Positions 31,430 through 43,411 of a stretch of 64,000 bases of DNA are shown one piece after another. Under the pieces are notes generated by a model that ran no database searches, had not been told where the DNA came from, and saw nothing but the letters and a program-made list of their open reading frames with translations. The position numbers and the translations under genes were made by a program. This DNA comes from Oikopleura dioica (lineage: Eukaryota; Animalia; Chordata), in NCBI GenBank assembly GCA_907165135.1, contig OU015569.1, positions 806,001-870,000 on the forward strand. The letters run 5' to 3'. Each line of letters opens with the position of its first letter. Position 1 is the first letter of the stretch.

Positions 31430-33000
31430 TCAGACGTAGCAGCCCATCTCGCTGGCCTTGGCGACGGTGTCGGCAATGTTGTCTCGGAAGTCGCATTCTG
31501 AAATGGAGTTTGGATTAAGAGGACTGAGGGCTTGTTACTTACGTCCTTCGCAGCCGCACTTGGCACACTTGCCGGATTCCTTTTCTGGCTGGTTGAGACA
31601 GGTGTCTGAGCAGCAATGCGCGTCGCGGTGTCCGTGGCATTGGAACCAGCCTAGCAAGAGTCGTTAGACATGCAATCCCTTGTCTAATGGTTTTTACCGA
31701 ATTTCTCGCCGCATTGATTGGGCGCAGCAGCGGCGCCACCCATGCCCATGTCCATTTGCATGCCCTCGGCGACTTCGACGGCTTCAGACTCCTCGACCAC
31801 CTCCGCTGCTTGGAGACTCTCGAACTCGTCCAGCCGACTGAGATCGCACTGAAATTGGATTTATTTTTACAAGCGTCTAATAATGCCAAACAGTGACTCG
31901 CTCGGCGGAAGGGAAATTATGCTGATGAGCGAAACAAAGAAATCCGGCGAGCTTTGAGTCCAAATGTTTAGATTCATGCCAAAACGAAATTCGGGTTCGA
32001 GCTTCCAACGTGAAAATTTACTCATTCAGTGCGACATGGGCTCGTCAACATGTATGAAAAACCTGAGTCAGGGTCTGAAGTCCTCAAATGAAAAGCCGCG
32101 TAGCGGCTTTTAAAACGAAAGCGCTTTGCGGCTTCGAAAGATTACCATATTGATCTTTTTTAAATACTCGCGAAGCCGCTTTGCGGCTTCGTTCTTAAAA
32201 GCCGCTACGCGGCTTTTCATTTGAGCACTTCAGAGCTAGCTCTGACTCAGATTGCCGATCCCAAAATACAGAATAAGACCAGGCTTGTATCATTTAGATT
32301 TACCTGGACATCTTCTGAAAGGAAGCTCCAGACTTCTTCCTTGACGTATCTTCGGACCTCCTTGTCCTGGAAGACGCTAGAATCAGCCAAGAATCGTCGA
32401 GCTAGATATGGAGGACACTTGTTCCAGCATTTGTGGCAACAAGGCGCACGTGATACTTTTGCATTTCTTTCAATTTGGTTATTCACTTTTACACGAAAAT
32501 CTCTGTCTGAAAGTCAGTCAAGCTTGCTTTTTGAAAAAATTAAATTTGCTCTTGTCACTATTTGTGAATCCCTGCCCATCGAGTTCGCTGATGTTGTTGA
32601 TCGGGCACCGTCCAAAGGACCAGGCGGCGCAGATCTTCTTTCGGCACTTTCTGATCGACCAAAGAGCAACTGAAAATCAACTGTTACAAATCGCTTCTTT
32701 TTAACGATTTTTACTCAAGTAGACTTACTGCTAAAAATCCAGAAGCCGCTTGCGGCTTCGAGCGAACTAAGGAGAAAAGCCGCGCGAAGCGCAGCAATCT
32801 TTTTCGACTCGAAACCGCAAGCGGCTTCTCGATTTTTAGCAGCTACTTGAGTAACAATCGGACTAAGTACTGACCTTCCTCTGGGGTGCCAGCGTCAAAA
32901 GCACCACCACCAATGTGGATTCCATCATCGTCAAGCTTGCCGTTTCGTTCCGCCGCCTGAAAAGCCAAGTTAACGACTTGGAACTCGAAAACCCGAAAAA
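31430..33000 (-). CDS. Unknown Cys-rich gene or genes (exon pieces)
   Basis: Spliceable minus-strand exons: CDLSRLDEFESLQAAE...CGEKF|GWFQCHGHRDAHCCSDTC...KCGCEG|QCDFRDNIADTVAKASEMGCYV* (stop 31430-31432). Upstream pieces CRKKICAAWSFGRCP and CCHKCWNKCPP may or may not belong to the same gene. Confidence 0.4.
32710..32855. mobile_element. Small palindromic element (MITE-like)
   Basis: Arms TTACTCAAGTAG..CTGCTAAAAATC.AGAAGCCGCTTGCGG and CCGCAAGCGGCTTCTCGATTTTTAGCAGCTACTTGAGTAA. Confidence 0.6.
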
Positions 33001-35505
33001 GGCGCTGGTAGAAAACAAAACGAAAGAAGGAAGGGAAAGTATGAAATCCAAATCGCGTTCATGTGGCCGTTCTCTAAAAGCCCTCTTCTTCTCCTCTTTT
33101 TCCGAGCGTGAAAGCGGATTTTCAGCGCCCTAACCCTGACCGACGAAATTTTAAAATTTGCGAGCGCATGTTCTCTTGCCCGTAATTAATCGCATTCGGA
33201 TTCCTCCAAGAAAAATATCGCGCTGCTTGCGCCAAGTTAAAATAAGCAGCTTTTACATCTTCTTTATAACTTTTTAATAAGAACAATTTACGATGATTTA
33301 ACGCTAATAAAAATAGCAATGGAAATGAAATAGGGCAATTTCGCATTATTATCTTTAAAGAGCAGTTTTAATAAGCCTTATAAGCATCTAATTTCAGCTA
33401 TTTTCAAATGTGTGTTTTATTATCATAGTAAAGGCACGAGAGTATTTGAGAGTTATTTTAGAACTCACGCTTTCTTCAACAGTTTAAATGAGCTCGACAA
33501 TCCGTGTATAAAACCTGAGTCAGGGTCTGAAGTGCTCAAATGAAAAGCCGCGTAGCGGCTTTTTTAAACACGAGGCCGCGTAGCGGCTTCGCAAAATTAT
33601 CATTTCAATCTAATTTTTGACTTTGGCGAAGCCGCTTTGCGGCTTCGTTTTGAAAAAGCCGCTACGCGGCTTTTTTAATGATCTTACCCTGACTCAGGTT
33701 TTTACTCAAGTCAATAATTTGACTTGTCCGAAAATACAGATATAGAGTGGTTCAAGTCACGTGTAAAACCTAAGTCTTGACCTGAAAGATCTTTTGAAAA
33801 GCCGCATAGCGGCTTTTAAACACGAAGCGGCTTCGCAAATTATCAATGCAGTCTAATTTCAGACTTTGGCAAAGCTACGCGGCTTTTCAGTATCGATCTT
33901 ACCCTGACTCAGGTTTTTACACAGGTTTCCGAGCCTTACTTGTCTGAAAATACAGATATAGAGTGGTTCAAATCACGTGTAAAAGTTCTTGTTATCTTTC
34001 CAGATCGTCAATAGTAGGTATAGTCATATCAATATTGCTCCGATAGAATCACAATTAAATAAAATACCTATATCTTTTACGTGATATTGTTTATCGTCAA
34101 AATGTTGGTCCGTTCAATTATCGGCGATAATAATAAAAGATAGAAACGGTTCAATGAAGCGTTTTAGCGAGTTCAATCTACTTACAGCGAGGGCCAAGAG
34201 AGCGGAGGCAAACTTCATTCTAGCGTTGATCTGTTGTTTCTCTTCGGATAGTCTGATCGAAGTGATCGCCTAAGTCCGATCGTGAGTTCTCACGGCGAGA
34301 AGGAGCGGTGGGCTCCCGCGCGCCCCCCGCCGCTGCCGCGAGTTTTCGCGATCGAGAGAAACACTTTCGAAATTTTCGCCAATTTCGACAATTAGCGGCG
34401 GAAGCTCTCAGAAAAGCCAACGTGCGGGCTAATTTCTAAACCTATCGCCTATCGCTGGCTCAATCTTACAGAAAACCCGCCAAGTTCATTAAACTGGCGA
34501 TAACTGGTTGGCTTAGTTTTCGGACAACAGCTGCAGATGTTGAACATTGATATAATCGAATTCTGGAACTCGTCTTTTTGGTCGAGATAAGAGTTCAATT
34601 CTATTGCGATTAGAAAGCTGTTTTCTACAGTATCTTCCTATCTTAGGGGTTTCCTTTCATTTCAGCTTTATATATTCAACAACGATGTGTGAGCTAACAA
34701 GCGGATGCATAAAACCGATAGGAGAAAAATATACGTATCAGACAGTGTAACTTTCAGTCAGTGTAAGTCTTATTTTTGATTATCAGCACTGCTGATTCAG
34801 CAGAATGAATTTCCCAAATTTGATGGAATTTTAGTGCCATGTCTGGGCCATCAATTGAGGATATGGAATTGATCCAAAGACTAACAAGACCACAAGACCC
34901 ACAACAACACCAAGATGTACCAAGATGCATTCATACGGGTATAAATGTCTTCTCAATTGATGAAACCAACCTTCATTCTGGCCTTGAGCAAGTCGAAATG
35001 AATCAATCAGAGATCCATGATCTCCATCGCTCGTTTTCAAATACGCACATGTAATCATATTTCTTTTACTGCATGTGCGTATTTATCCTCTTGATCTTAC
35101 TTCATGAACATTATGTTCATAACGGTTATGAGTCATAACTTATGACATAACCACCCTGTACTAATATCCCTCTCATTTTTAATGGAAAACTCCATATGGG
35201 ATCCGTCTAAGAACACTTTTCGCCTTAGATCATTATTTTTCTAAGACGAGTTCGCCCTTAAAATTTTAGTCGAAATCGCAAGATTTTCTGGGATTGCGTC
35301 TATAATTAAAATTCGACGCTTATTGAAAGTACACTGTGCGTCGGTTGCGATTCATTCTCAGAATTTTTTGTTTTCAAATTTAAATCTAAACCCCTCTTTC
35401 TAACCCCGCAACTGACTGACCGTTACACTATCTTTTCTAAAAATAAAATCCATTTTTGATAAATTGTTTTGTATTGCATCAATTGTACTAGCAGAAATTG
35501 TAAAT

Positions 35506-38328
35506 TTACAGTTGGTAGATCAAGAAGCGCATGAAAAAGTCCTTCGATCCTCCAGTTGGCATGATGATCAAGTCCGAAGTCGTCAGCGGAGACGACAAGC
35601 AAGCAGTCTTCTGTTGAGTCACGTCTTTTGTATCAACCTCGATCGTCTGAAATAGAACTTGTTGATTGATTTGTTTCTCATATTCTTTTATGAAAGAGTT
35701 CAGCCTCGAACATAAGCGCATGACTACATTTATTACTAGCGCGTTCCAAAATTAGCCCGATCCCGGAATGGAGTTCAGGGAGCATTATCCAAAATTAACT
35801 AATCAAGAATATCGTCCGAAAATAGATTCGGCAAGAGGGATGAAAAGCCCGATTACGCAATACTACCTGTATGAATTCTCTGTTTCCACTCTCCGCGCCG
35901 GTGTTATATAAGTTGAACTCTGAGACGTAGCCACCTTGACCGCCAGACGTGGTTATACAACTGATTGATTTGGGCTTTATTAGCGTTCCAAAAGAGCTCA
36001 GTAGCAGATTCTCTCTTGTATTAATTCAGGTGGAAGTGAGTGTTTACCTCATTATTCAGAATTTTAAGAGAAATATCCATTCTTTCTCGTTCAATCTGAT
36101 AATGTGCTGAATTAGACTCAGTCACTCCGATGCAATCAAGAACGCTTCCTGATCGAATGAGAATCGTACTGAAGGAAAACTTCTGAAACGTTCGCTTCCT
36201 TCGGTCCACTGCCACATTCCATCTACCCAGTCGATCTCGCCACTGTCTTCGGCGATTGAAGGGGCGTGACTGTTGTCTTTCTAGAGTCAACAGATTGCCT
36301 CACAGTATATTACCAAAATTTGACCAAAAGTTAAAAAGGCCAATTAATTTCAAGGCAATAGCAATCTGGGTTCGGCAACCTGAGTAGAAAACCTGAGTCA
36401 GGGTTCTTAAAGAGTAAAATGAAAAGCCGCGTAGCGGCTTTTCAAAACGAAGCCGCAAAGCGGCTTCGCCAAACTTACCAACTCAATGAATTTTTAACTA
36501 GCGAAGCCGCTTTGCGACTTCGTTTTGAAAAAGCCGCTACGCGGCTTTTCATTTTACTCCTCTAGAATCCTGACTCAGGTTTTTCACTAAGGTTGCCGAG
36601 CCCAAGTTGCTATCATGATCCCTATTAATTTTTGTTAGCTTAACTGGTAACCCTTGACTAGAGGATGGCCAGGAATGAGATCAGACAAGGGTTGAGGCTC
36701 GTCGAACGGAACTGCTATCGGAATTTGTGGAGGGGCGCATTCGTCTCGCTCTAGAATTATAAACGTGATTCTTATTATGGCTCAATTAACAAAATTCCTG
36801 CTCACTCGGAATGTTGCTTTTCAAAGCCAGTACCAGTTTATTAGTGCATTTTATTGTTAGAATCGGCATTTGAGAAATTGTTCTTTAGAAAAAGCTGAAT
36901 GGAACTGATAGCGTCGCCGGGATTCTTGAGAAGGAAAACAATACCTTGATAGTACTGGGTGCCGGTGGGACAGTCGCAGCCGAAGGAAGGCGCGAAGGTG
37001 TCATGAGGGTTGGGATAGCGGCGACACCTGCCACCGAAGCACTCGGGCGCGTCACCATTGTCGCAGGTCATGGTGCCGCAATCGAAGCCGTCCCAGCCGT
37101 GTTCGCAGGAGCAGCCGCGGGGCCCGAGCGCGCCATGGATGCACGGATCGACCACGTCGTTCTTCACCGGACAGTGAGCCGCTCGTTTGATGTATAAATC
37201 GTAGTTCTTGTCGTCCGCGTAGCTTTTTGATGGGAATGGAGAGAAATGCACTCCTGTCAGCTTATAAGAAGAGATCGATTCCCGTTCCTGAGCCCTGCGC
37301 TTTCGGGCGTCTGTTCCAGCAAGAAGCACCAATTATTCACTAAGCGGTTAAATTTAACTCCCCGATTCTAAGTGCGCGAAGCTGGCACAAAATTCTACTC
37401 ACGTTTGTGGTAGCGGAAAGCTGCGCATCGTCGCCGCTCTTCTTCGTTCCGGCTGATTCGGGTTAAATCGATGTACTTTTCGCACTCCAAGCGACATTCG
37501 AACGGGTTCGCTACTTTTACGAATTTCAGCTTCAACGACCAGATCACTTTGTTTTCGTCGAGATCGTAGCCTTCTACTTCTTTGGGACCGTCAACGAGCG
37601 GGCGGCACGGCTTCTGAAATAAATTTCTAACACCAAGATCAATCTTTCTCAGATTCTTGGCTCGGCAACCTGTGTAAAAACCTGAGTCAGGGTCTAAAAG
37701 ATCTTTAATGAAAAGCCGCATAGCGGCTTTTTTAAAGTCGGAGCCGCAAAGCGGCTTCGCAAAATTATCATTCAAATCTATTTCTTCATTCTGGCGAAGC
37801 CGCTTTGCGGCTCCGACTTTAAAAGCCGCTTCGCGGCTTTAAATTAGAGATCTCTTAGACCCTGACTCAGGTTTTCTTCACAGATTGCCGAGCCAAGCTC
37901 ACGTCTTTTGTTGTAGTTGTAGTAGTAGTTGTTGTTGTCGTCGTCGTCGAAGTTGTCGTTGAAGTCGTTGTCGAAGTCGTAGTTGTACTCGGCCTAGTCG
38001 TCGTTCTCCAGATATAAGATGATGTTGATGTGGTTCTCCAGTCAGTAGTTCGCCAGTAATAGGGCTCTGGAGTTGGACTGCCTTGAATTTCTGGCACTCC
38101 ATATGAATCATACACAGCATCAATCTGGCTTGGAATTTCGGGACAATCTGGCCGAGTGAACTCAGGATCTGCACAAATCTCCTCCAGGGTCGCTACTCTT
38201 GTCTGCTTGTTTCCATCTGGGTCGTAGTAGCTTATGTAATACTCGTAATTACTGTCGCCGTAGTAATTACTGTCCTCGTAGTCAGCAAGGATGCATTTAG
38301 CGGCGCAAAACCAGACAGCTAGTTTCAT
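35506..38328 (-). CDS. Secreted modular glycoprotein: signal peptide, Tyr/Asp-rich segment, poly-Thr mucin stalk, PAN/apple-like, EGF-like x2, probable F5/8 type C (discoidin) domain
   Basis: MKLAVWFCAAKCILA signal; about 30 Thr run; FECRLECE..RCAAFRY; CIHG..GCSCEHGWDGFDC; final exons ITTSGGQGGYVSEFNL and LSSPLTTSDLIIMPT..FMRFLIY resemble a discoidin fold. Confidence 0.65.
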
Positions 38329-38547
38329 ACTTTTTTCTTTCTTTTCTCTTACGTCGTGAGAAAATCGGGCAAAACTAGTTGACTAGGGGTGTGAGCCGCG
38401 CGCCCGGCGCTACGGGCAATTTTCTTATTTAGGTTTGTTGGGCACACACACAGACAAACATCACTAGTAGCGAGCCGAAGTTAGCTAAACAAGTAGTACC
38501 ATAATTTATGGTCCATAAACACCCGCTTTCGAAACCGCTCCGATTAT

Positions 38548-38931
38548 GGGGGTAGATATCAAGAATCGGATTTCCTGTCCGTGTTTTCTCAAATTTTTAA
38601 CATAGTGACCCCCTTATTTTTCAGCTCAAAATTTATTTCAGGCGATTATTTTTTTCCTATGGAAGCCAAAAATTTAGATTTCTCGAGCTTTCGAGGTCCT
38701 ACAATGCAAATTGGGCACCTCCGATTGTCTCGAAAATGGGCATTTTTAGTAAAGTTAGCGATCTTTGACGAAAAATTTTGTTAAAATTTTTTCTGAAATT
38801 CGAAATTTCGGCTTCCATAGGAAATAGAAAAAGGTCTAAAGCTTTTGTTTTCAAAGTAAAATAAGGGTGTTACTATTCTAACTTTGGGAGAAAAGTCTGG
38901 CAGAAAATGGCGGTTCTTAATGTCTACCTCC
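38548..38931 (-). mobile_element. TTAA-targeting non-autonomous DNA transposon (Kolobok-like), copy 1
   Basis: Reverse complement of 43704-44076; TIR GG(A/G)GGTAGATATCAAGAA; TTAA on the right and TTAT on the left. Confidence 0.75.
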
Positions 38932-41685
38932 TTAATATACCTCCAAGAAATCAAATAATTTTGAGGTAAATAATTTTCAGCTTAGCGGTAAATTAGCTAA
39001 TAGAGTCACTTACTCTCTCTAAAAAGCCGATAAAAAATATATGAAATATCTTCGTGACCACAGCGAATTCCGAGATTGATTCTTCCAATTCTGCTCTTGA
39101 TTCTTGTAGCTGAAGATAAAAAATTCTGTTCATCGTTGTTTTATGAATGAAAAAAACGATTGAACGTGACCGCTTCAAAATTCAACACACTCGTGCGCGG
39201 AACATGAGTGAGCTCTGCTCAGATCATATACTCTAATTTCTAATTTGGAACATGCTAATTTTCGAAAATTTCATCAAAAGAAATTTCACGCTTCTCCGTA
39301 AAAAAAAGCCGCTCTTTAATTATGTCACGTGTTTTATAAACTACTTTATTGTACTGTATCTAATTGTCGATAGAGAATGCGAGCTAGAAATGAATAAAGA
39401 AATTAGGTGATAAAAAGCGTCGGAATTGTTTTATTTCTTAGATGTTATGTAAATTTTGGAGTTCTTTCATAAAAAGTTTTACGGTCTCAAATTGGGACTA
39501 TCAACTGGCACTTTGCTGATAGGCTCAGCAGATCATAGGACCGAGAAAGTGTCATTTACGTGAATTCAACTGCCTTCAAAGGAGTCGGTAAATACAAGAA
39601 AAATTCTGTATAAATTATATGTATTATACACTGTATATAATATACAGTATAATACATATAGAAGTATAATTTATTATCGTCTCCTTCGTTTCGAGTGAAA
39701 AGTGAACGGAAAGGGGATAATTGCCTTTTACCACCGCAATGGAGATTTGATTTCGCCTTTTTTTCTTTGAGAGAGGAAGAAGTTTTTTACTTATCTTTTC
39801 GAAAAAAAGGCAGGCGGGTAGATTTTGCCGAAGCCACACAATCGGCCGTGACGCGCGATTGCTGGTCGATTCAGCAAAACACCACCACATGTTGTAAAAC
39901 GCATTTCACGGGCGCTAGAAAACGAACGGCAGCATTTCTAATGGCCGCTAATTTTCGTGCAACCAGGGTTCGCCAATGTTGATTTTTCCCCCAATTATGA
40001 CTAAATAACTGTTGGTCGCGTGGTTCTAAAGAGCTAAAATGGAAAGCCGCGTAGCGGCTTTTTTAAGATCGAAGCCGCAAAGCGGCTTCGCCAATATTTT
40101 AAGATTGATAAGAAAGATTGTTTCGCGAAGCCGCTTCGCGGCTTCGTTCTTATAAAAGCCGCTACGGGACTTTCCATTTTACCTCTTGAGAACCTGACTC
40201 AGGTTTTCTACACAAGTTGTCGTTTCTGTCCGGGGTCAAAAGGTCAGATCTTCGCGGCTGTCCTTACTTATCCTGAAATTCGTCTAAAATTAATCTAACC
40301 TTGCATCTACGCAGAAGAAAACCCTTTTGGAAAATGAAATCGTCGATCAGATCTGTCATCTTAACGGCTCGCTTCTCGCAAACTTACCATTCAATTCTAC
40401 CAAATAAATGATGACGTTGAGCTATGAATAGAAGTTTCGGTGAAAGTTTCTTCCGGGAAAGAATCTTCAAAAAAAGCCTATATTTTAGGCACTAAATATT
40501 AAAATAGGGATTAGCCATATAATATATGGGCCATAATATGCCCCCAAATTCTAATTGCTAACTTAACGACAGCTTACTGAATAGCGAATTATACCTTTAT
40601 AGCTTTCATATATATTGAGAACCTTAAAATTATAAAGGTAGATATAAGGTCCTAAATCATAGATCTGAGATCTCCAAAGATAATGGAAGGATGAAAGGTG
40701 CCTGATAATTTATCAATCTTTAATTGACAAAAATGACTTAATTATTTTGATAAGAAGCAATTCGAAGATTGATGATATAAGAACCTATATAAAATATGTA
40801 AGGTGTAAAGTATGAATCACGTGCCCATATCGGCAGTTATTATAGCTTTATCAGAGGAATAATTGACTGATCCTCAGTTGCCATTTTCATCATCGAAATA
40901 GGCGAGTTCTTGACGAACAAGAGTGAGGTCGCTCTCGCCGCACCATCCATATCGTTTATTAAAGCTATAAAAGAAGGAAGCCGACGAAAAGTAACTCCAA
41001 CACAACAAATGAACATTCTTCTCCTCACACTCTACTTTTTCAATCTTCATCAGCTACCAGTAGTTGCAGCCAGAAGGAGACAGCAGAACGGACATGCGCG
41101 TCAAGTCTCAAGACAGATGAAAATCTCGAATCGAGTGCAGCGGTGCACTAGAAACCCAGAGTGCATGGCCATTATCGCGAGAAATAGGGGAGAGGTTTGG
41201 AGAAGAAGCAACGGAAATCTTTTTTGGTGACTCTTTCTTCCTTCTTTTCTGCCTGTTTTCAACTGATTCCTGCCGCTTTCTGTATCTTTCTTAATTAATT
41301 AATAATATTATTAATAAATGTCCACGATAAAAAGCACAATCAAAGGCTCAATAGATTCTCCAACTAAAAACTTTGCCAATTATCGACGAAATATTTTTGA
41401 AAATTTCGCGGAAAAAGATATTTTATCTTATGTAACAACGGAAAATTTTAACAATTTGGCGCCTGAAACCGCCGTAACCCGGACTGTGTCGCGCCATCTT
41501 CACCGGTTGTTTCTCTGTTTTTTGGACCTGCCTGAACTTGGCCGAAATTGGTTCGATTGCAGCCTCAAAAACATGGTGCCTATAAAAAGGCGGCTCCGAG
41601 CGCAGAGCTTCGCAGTACGTACGAAAGTCGTAGTGTCTATAATTTTTGAGAAATTTGACTTTTCAAGGTTTAGTTTTCAAAAACC

Positions 41686-43159
41686 ATGGCTACTTACCCA
41701 CCAACTGGTCTTTCCGAGAACGTCAAGACCCTTCCTGAATGGATTCAGAAGGGCTGCGGCAACGACGAGTACTACTGTGAGGAGAAGGTAAATCAGAGAT
41801 AATCAACCTCTTTTTGTATACTCATCCTTTTTGCTCAGAACGCGACCTTCTTGGGCGCCGCGGACAAGATGCCCGCCGAGCTGCCCGACCTCAAGGACCA
41901 CAACAACTTCTTGACCGACGTTCTCAAGAAGAACCCCGAGCTCTACAAGCAGCTCAAGGACAAGAAGACCAAGCTCGGCGTCACCCTCGGCCAGTGCATC
42001 AAGACCGGCATCGACAACAAAGGTAATCGTCTCCTCATATTTGAGAATCATCATTTTTCTATTTTCAGGCCACCCCATGATCAAGACCTGTGGCCTCGTC
42101 GCCGGCGACGAGGAGTGCTTCGAACTCTTCGCCGACATCTTCGAGCCGGTCATCAGCGCCCGCCACAACGGCTACGCGCGCGACGCCAAGCACCCCACCG
42201 ACCTCGACGTGTCCAAGCTTTCCGACACGAAGATCGACCCCACCGGCAAGTACGTGTTGACCTCGCGCTGCCGAACCGGACGATCCGTGCGAGGCTTCAA
42301 GCTCCCTCCTGTCATCGAGTTCGAAGAGCGCCGCAAGCTTGAGGCCCTCATCGTCAAGGGTCTCCTCTCCCTCGAAGGCGAGCTCAAGGGTGACTACTTC
42401 CCTCTCCACGGCTCCAAGTCCTACGCGCCCAAGCCCGAAGGCATGTCCAAGGAGAAGGAGGAGGAGCTCCGAAAAGCTGGAAATCTTTTCCAGGTAAAAA
42501 ACCGTTTTTCCGTTCTCTTCGTTGATTGCAATCTTTAGGAGCCCGACTCGACTCTGCTTCTCTCCTCCGGCTGCGGCCGCCACTGGCCCGACGCCCGAGG
42601 CATCTACCACAACGAGGCCTCGAACTTCTTCGTCTGGGTCAACGAGGAGGACCAAATGCGCATCGTCTCCATGCAGAAGGGCGATGACATCAAGGCCATC
42701 ATCACCCGCTTCTCGCTCGGCACCGCGCAGATCCAAAAGGTGCTCAAGGAAAACGACGCTGACTTCATGCGCTCTGACCATCTCGGCTGGATTCTCACCT
42801 GTCCATCTAACCTCGGTACTGGTCTCCGTGCCGGCTGCATGGTGAAAATCCCCAAGTTCTCCGCCCGCGAGGACTTCAAGACCGTCCTTGCCAAGATGGG
42901 TCTCCAGGTAAATCGCCCAATTTTCGCTTCTCTGATCTCATCGAAAATCTAGGCCCGTGGAACCGCTGGCGTCGACTCTGCCTCGACCGGTGGCACCTGG
43001 GACATCTCCAACGCCGATCGACTCGGCAAGTCCGAAGTTGACCTGGTCAACATCTTCATCGAAGGCGCCGCTCAAATCATCCGATGGGAGCAGGCGCTCG
43101 AAGAAGGCAAGAACATCGACGAAGAAGTCGCCAAGGCCTCAATGAAGACCTCCGCGTAA
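41686..43159 (+). CDS. Phosphagen (ATP:guanido) kinase, creatine-kinase-like but atypical
   Basis: CIKTGIDN, VAGDEE, WPDARG, WVNEED, LTCPSNLGTGLRA, DISNADRLGKSEV; 5 exons with short GT-AG introns; strong C-ending codon bias. Confidence 0.95.
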
Positions 43160-43411
43160 TTCTGCCCCGTGAAGATTTTCTGTTGCAGTTCAAAATCCTA
43201 AAATTCAAAAGATTTTTCTGTATAATATATTTAATTGATTTGGCTTAAAAACTTCTGTGTTTTTTCTTTTCAAAGCAGAAAAAATTCTTATTTGCAAGAA
43301 AAAATATTTTGAAGTTTAAAAATCAGGCGCAGTGAGCAATTATCTCTAAAATTAGCTTTCTTTCCGCGCCATTGATGAATTTTGATGATCAAACTTCTTG
43401 ACTTGATCTCC

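Noticed and set aside
35506-35640. IIMPTGGSK...YQL looked like RecQ helicase motif I
   Set aside because: The ORF stops immediately after, no other helicase motifs follow, and upstream exons fit a discoidin domain ending the secreted EGF gene.
42065-42781. 238-aa minus-strand ORF and similar long antisense ORFs (4291-4815, 49355-49962, 21368-21715)
   Set aside because: Shadow ORFs caused by strong codon bias of the real plus-strand genes.
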